DNA from: Isurus oxyrinchus
Taxonomy: Eukaryota
Length of the DNA stretch: 64,000 nt
Direction: 5' to 3'
Assembly: GCA_026770705.1 (NCBI GenBank)
Contig: JANJGN010000026.1
Coordinates: forward strand, 33,480,001-33,544,000
A program made the translations under genes and the position numbers. The notes below the pieces were generated by a model. It had not been told where the DNA came from and did no database searches. It saw only the letters and a program-made list of their open reading frames with translations. Below are positions 63,241-64,000 of the stretch, one piece after another; within the stretch, counting starts at the first letter, position 1, and each line of letters begins with the position of its first letter.

Positions 63241-64000
63241 CTGGAGGATAGAAAAATGAACATTTTATTTTTGTTAAGCCTCTGTTTGTCCAGCTGAATT
63301 CAATCGCGTGAATAGCTCTGCTTTTTGCAGTAATTTTATTTGCTAGAAGCCTGTTTGAACCGTGTTCACTGTTATTGAAATATGATCAAATAGGGAATGA
63401 GGTGATATTTTAGTTTACATGTCGAAATCTTGCGAAGGGGACTGCACTGTCTGAATTGGTGGTGGGAACAGCTTCCATAGTAACTTTCAAACGGGTAATG
63501 GGTCTGTGCTGGAAATGTAAATACAAATATAGAGCGATGGAGAAAATTCATGGACAGTGGGAAAAATTGGATTGCACTTTTAAAGGGTCAGCACCTACAC
63601 AAGGGGCCGAATGTCAGCATTCCGTAGATAATTCTATGAATTATATTACATTCCCGTTTCTATTTTCCTTGGTGAGACACAAACACGAGGGAGCATTTTA
63701 TGCTCAGCGAGGCAACCAGTTTCCAAAAAAAACACGTTTGTTGCAGAGAAACACAGCTGTGTGGCATCACTGAGCACAGCAAGATCCAACACAAACTGAT
63801 GGGCATCATCAGCACCGATTGGGCAAAACAAAGAGTGAGAACCAGTGGTCAAAGGTCAATCATTTACTGCGCTTTTAACTACTCCGGGATTTCTCTCTGC
63901 CTTTTGCTGTATTTCTCTGTTCTATCAATAGGGTCGTATTTTCTCCAGTTCAGCTTAATTTCAAATATGTGCAATTAATTTAATCTTATTTCTTTAATTT

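Overview
Vertebrate genomic DNA from a cartilaginous fish (shark), covering part of the V-segment region of the T-cell receptor alpha/delta (TRA/TRD) locus. No D-delta, J-delta, J-alpha or C exons are present. I read about 23 V-type segments in both orientations. Twenty are conventional TRAV/TRDV: 2 clearly intact, 1 with an intact V exon but a short leader, and about 17 pseudogenes or relics. One complete NAR-TCR cassette lies on the minus strand: IgNAR-like V (22-RSS), D (12/12-RSS), J (23-RSS), followed about 2.9 kb downstream by a leaderless supporting V-delta with a CDR1 cysteine. A second supporting V-delta sits at the window end and is followed by a tandem 60-bp array carrying three intact 23-RSSs plus one degenerate copy, which is the most unusual feature. 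The window also shows an inverted duplication of a three-V block, a V family lacking Cys23 and Trp41, an orphan GPR139-like GPCR first exon, an intron-containing tRNA-Arg pseudogene, minisatellites, CR1, Penelope-like and Tx1-like retroelement fragments, and one assembly gap. All calls come from manual reading and translation; no database search was run.
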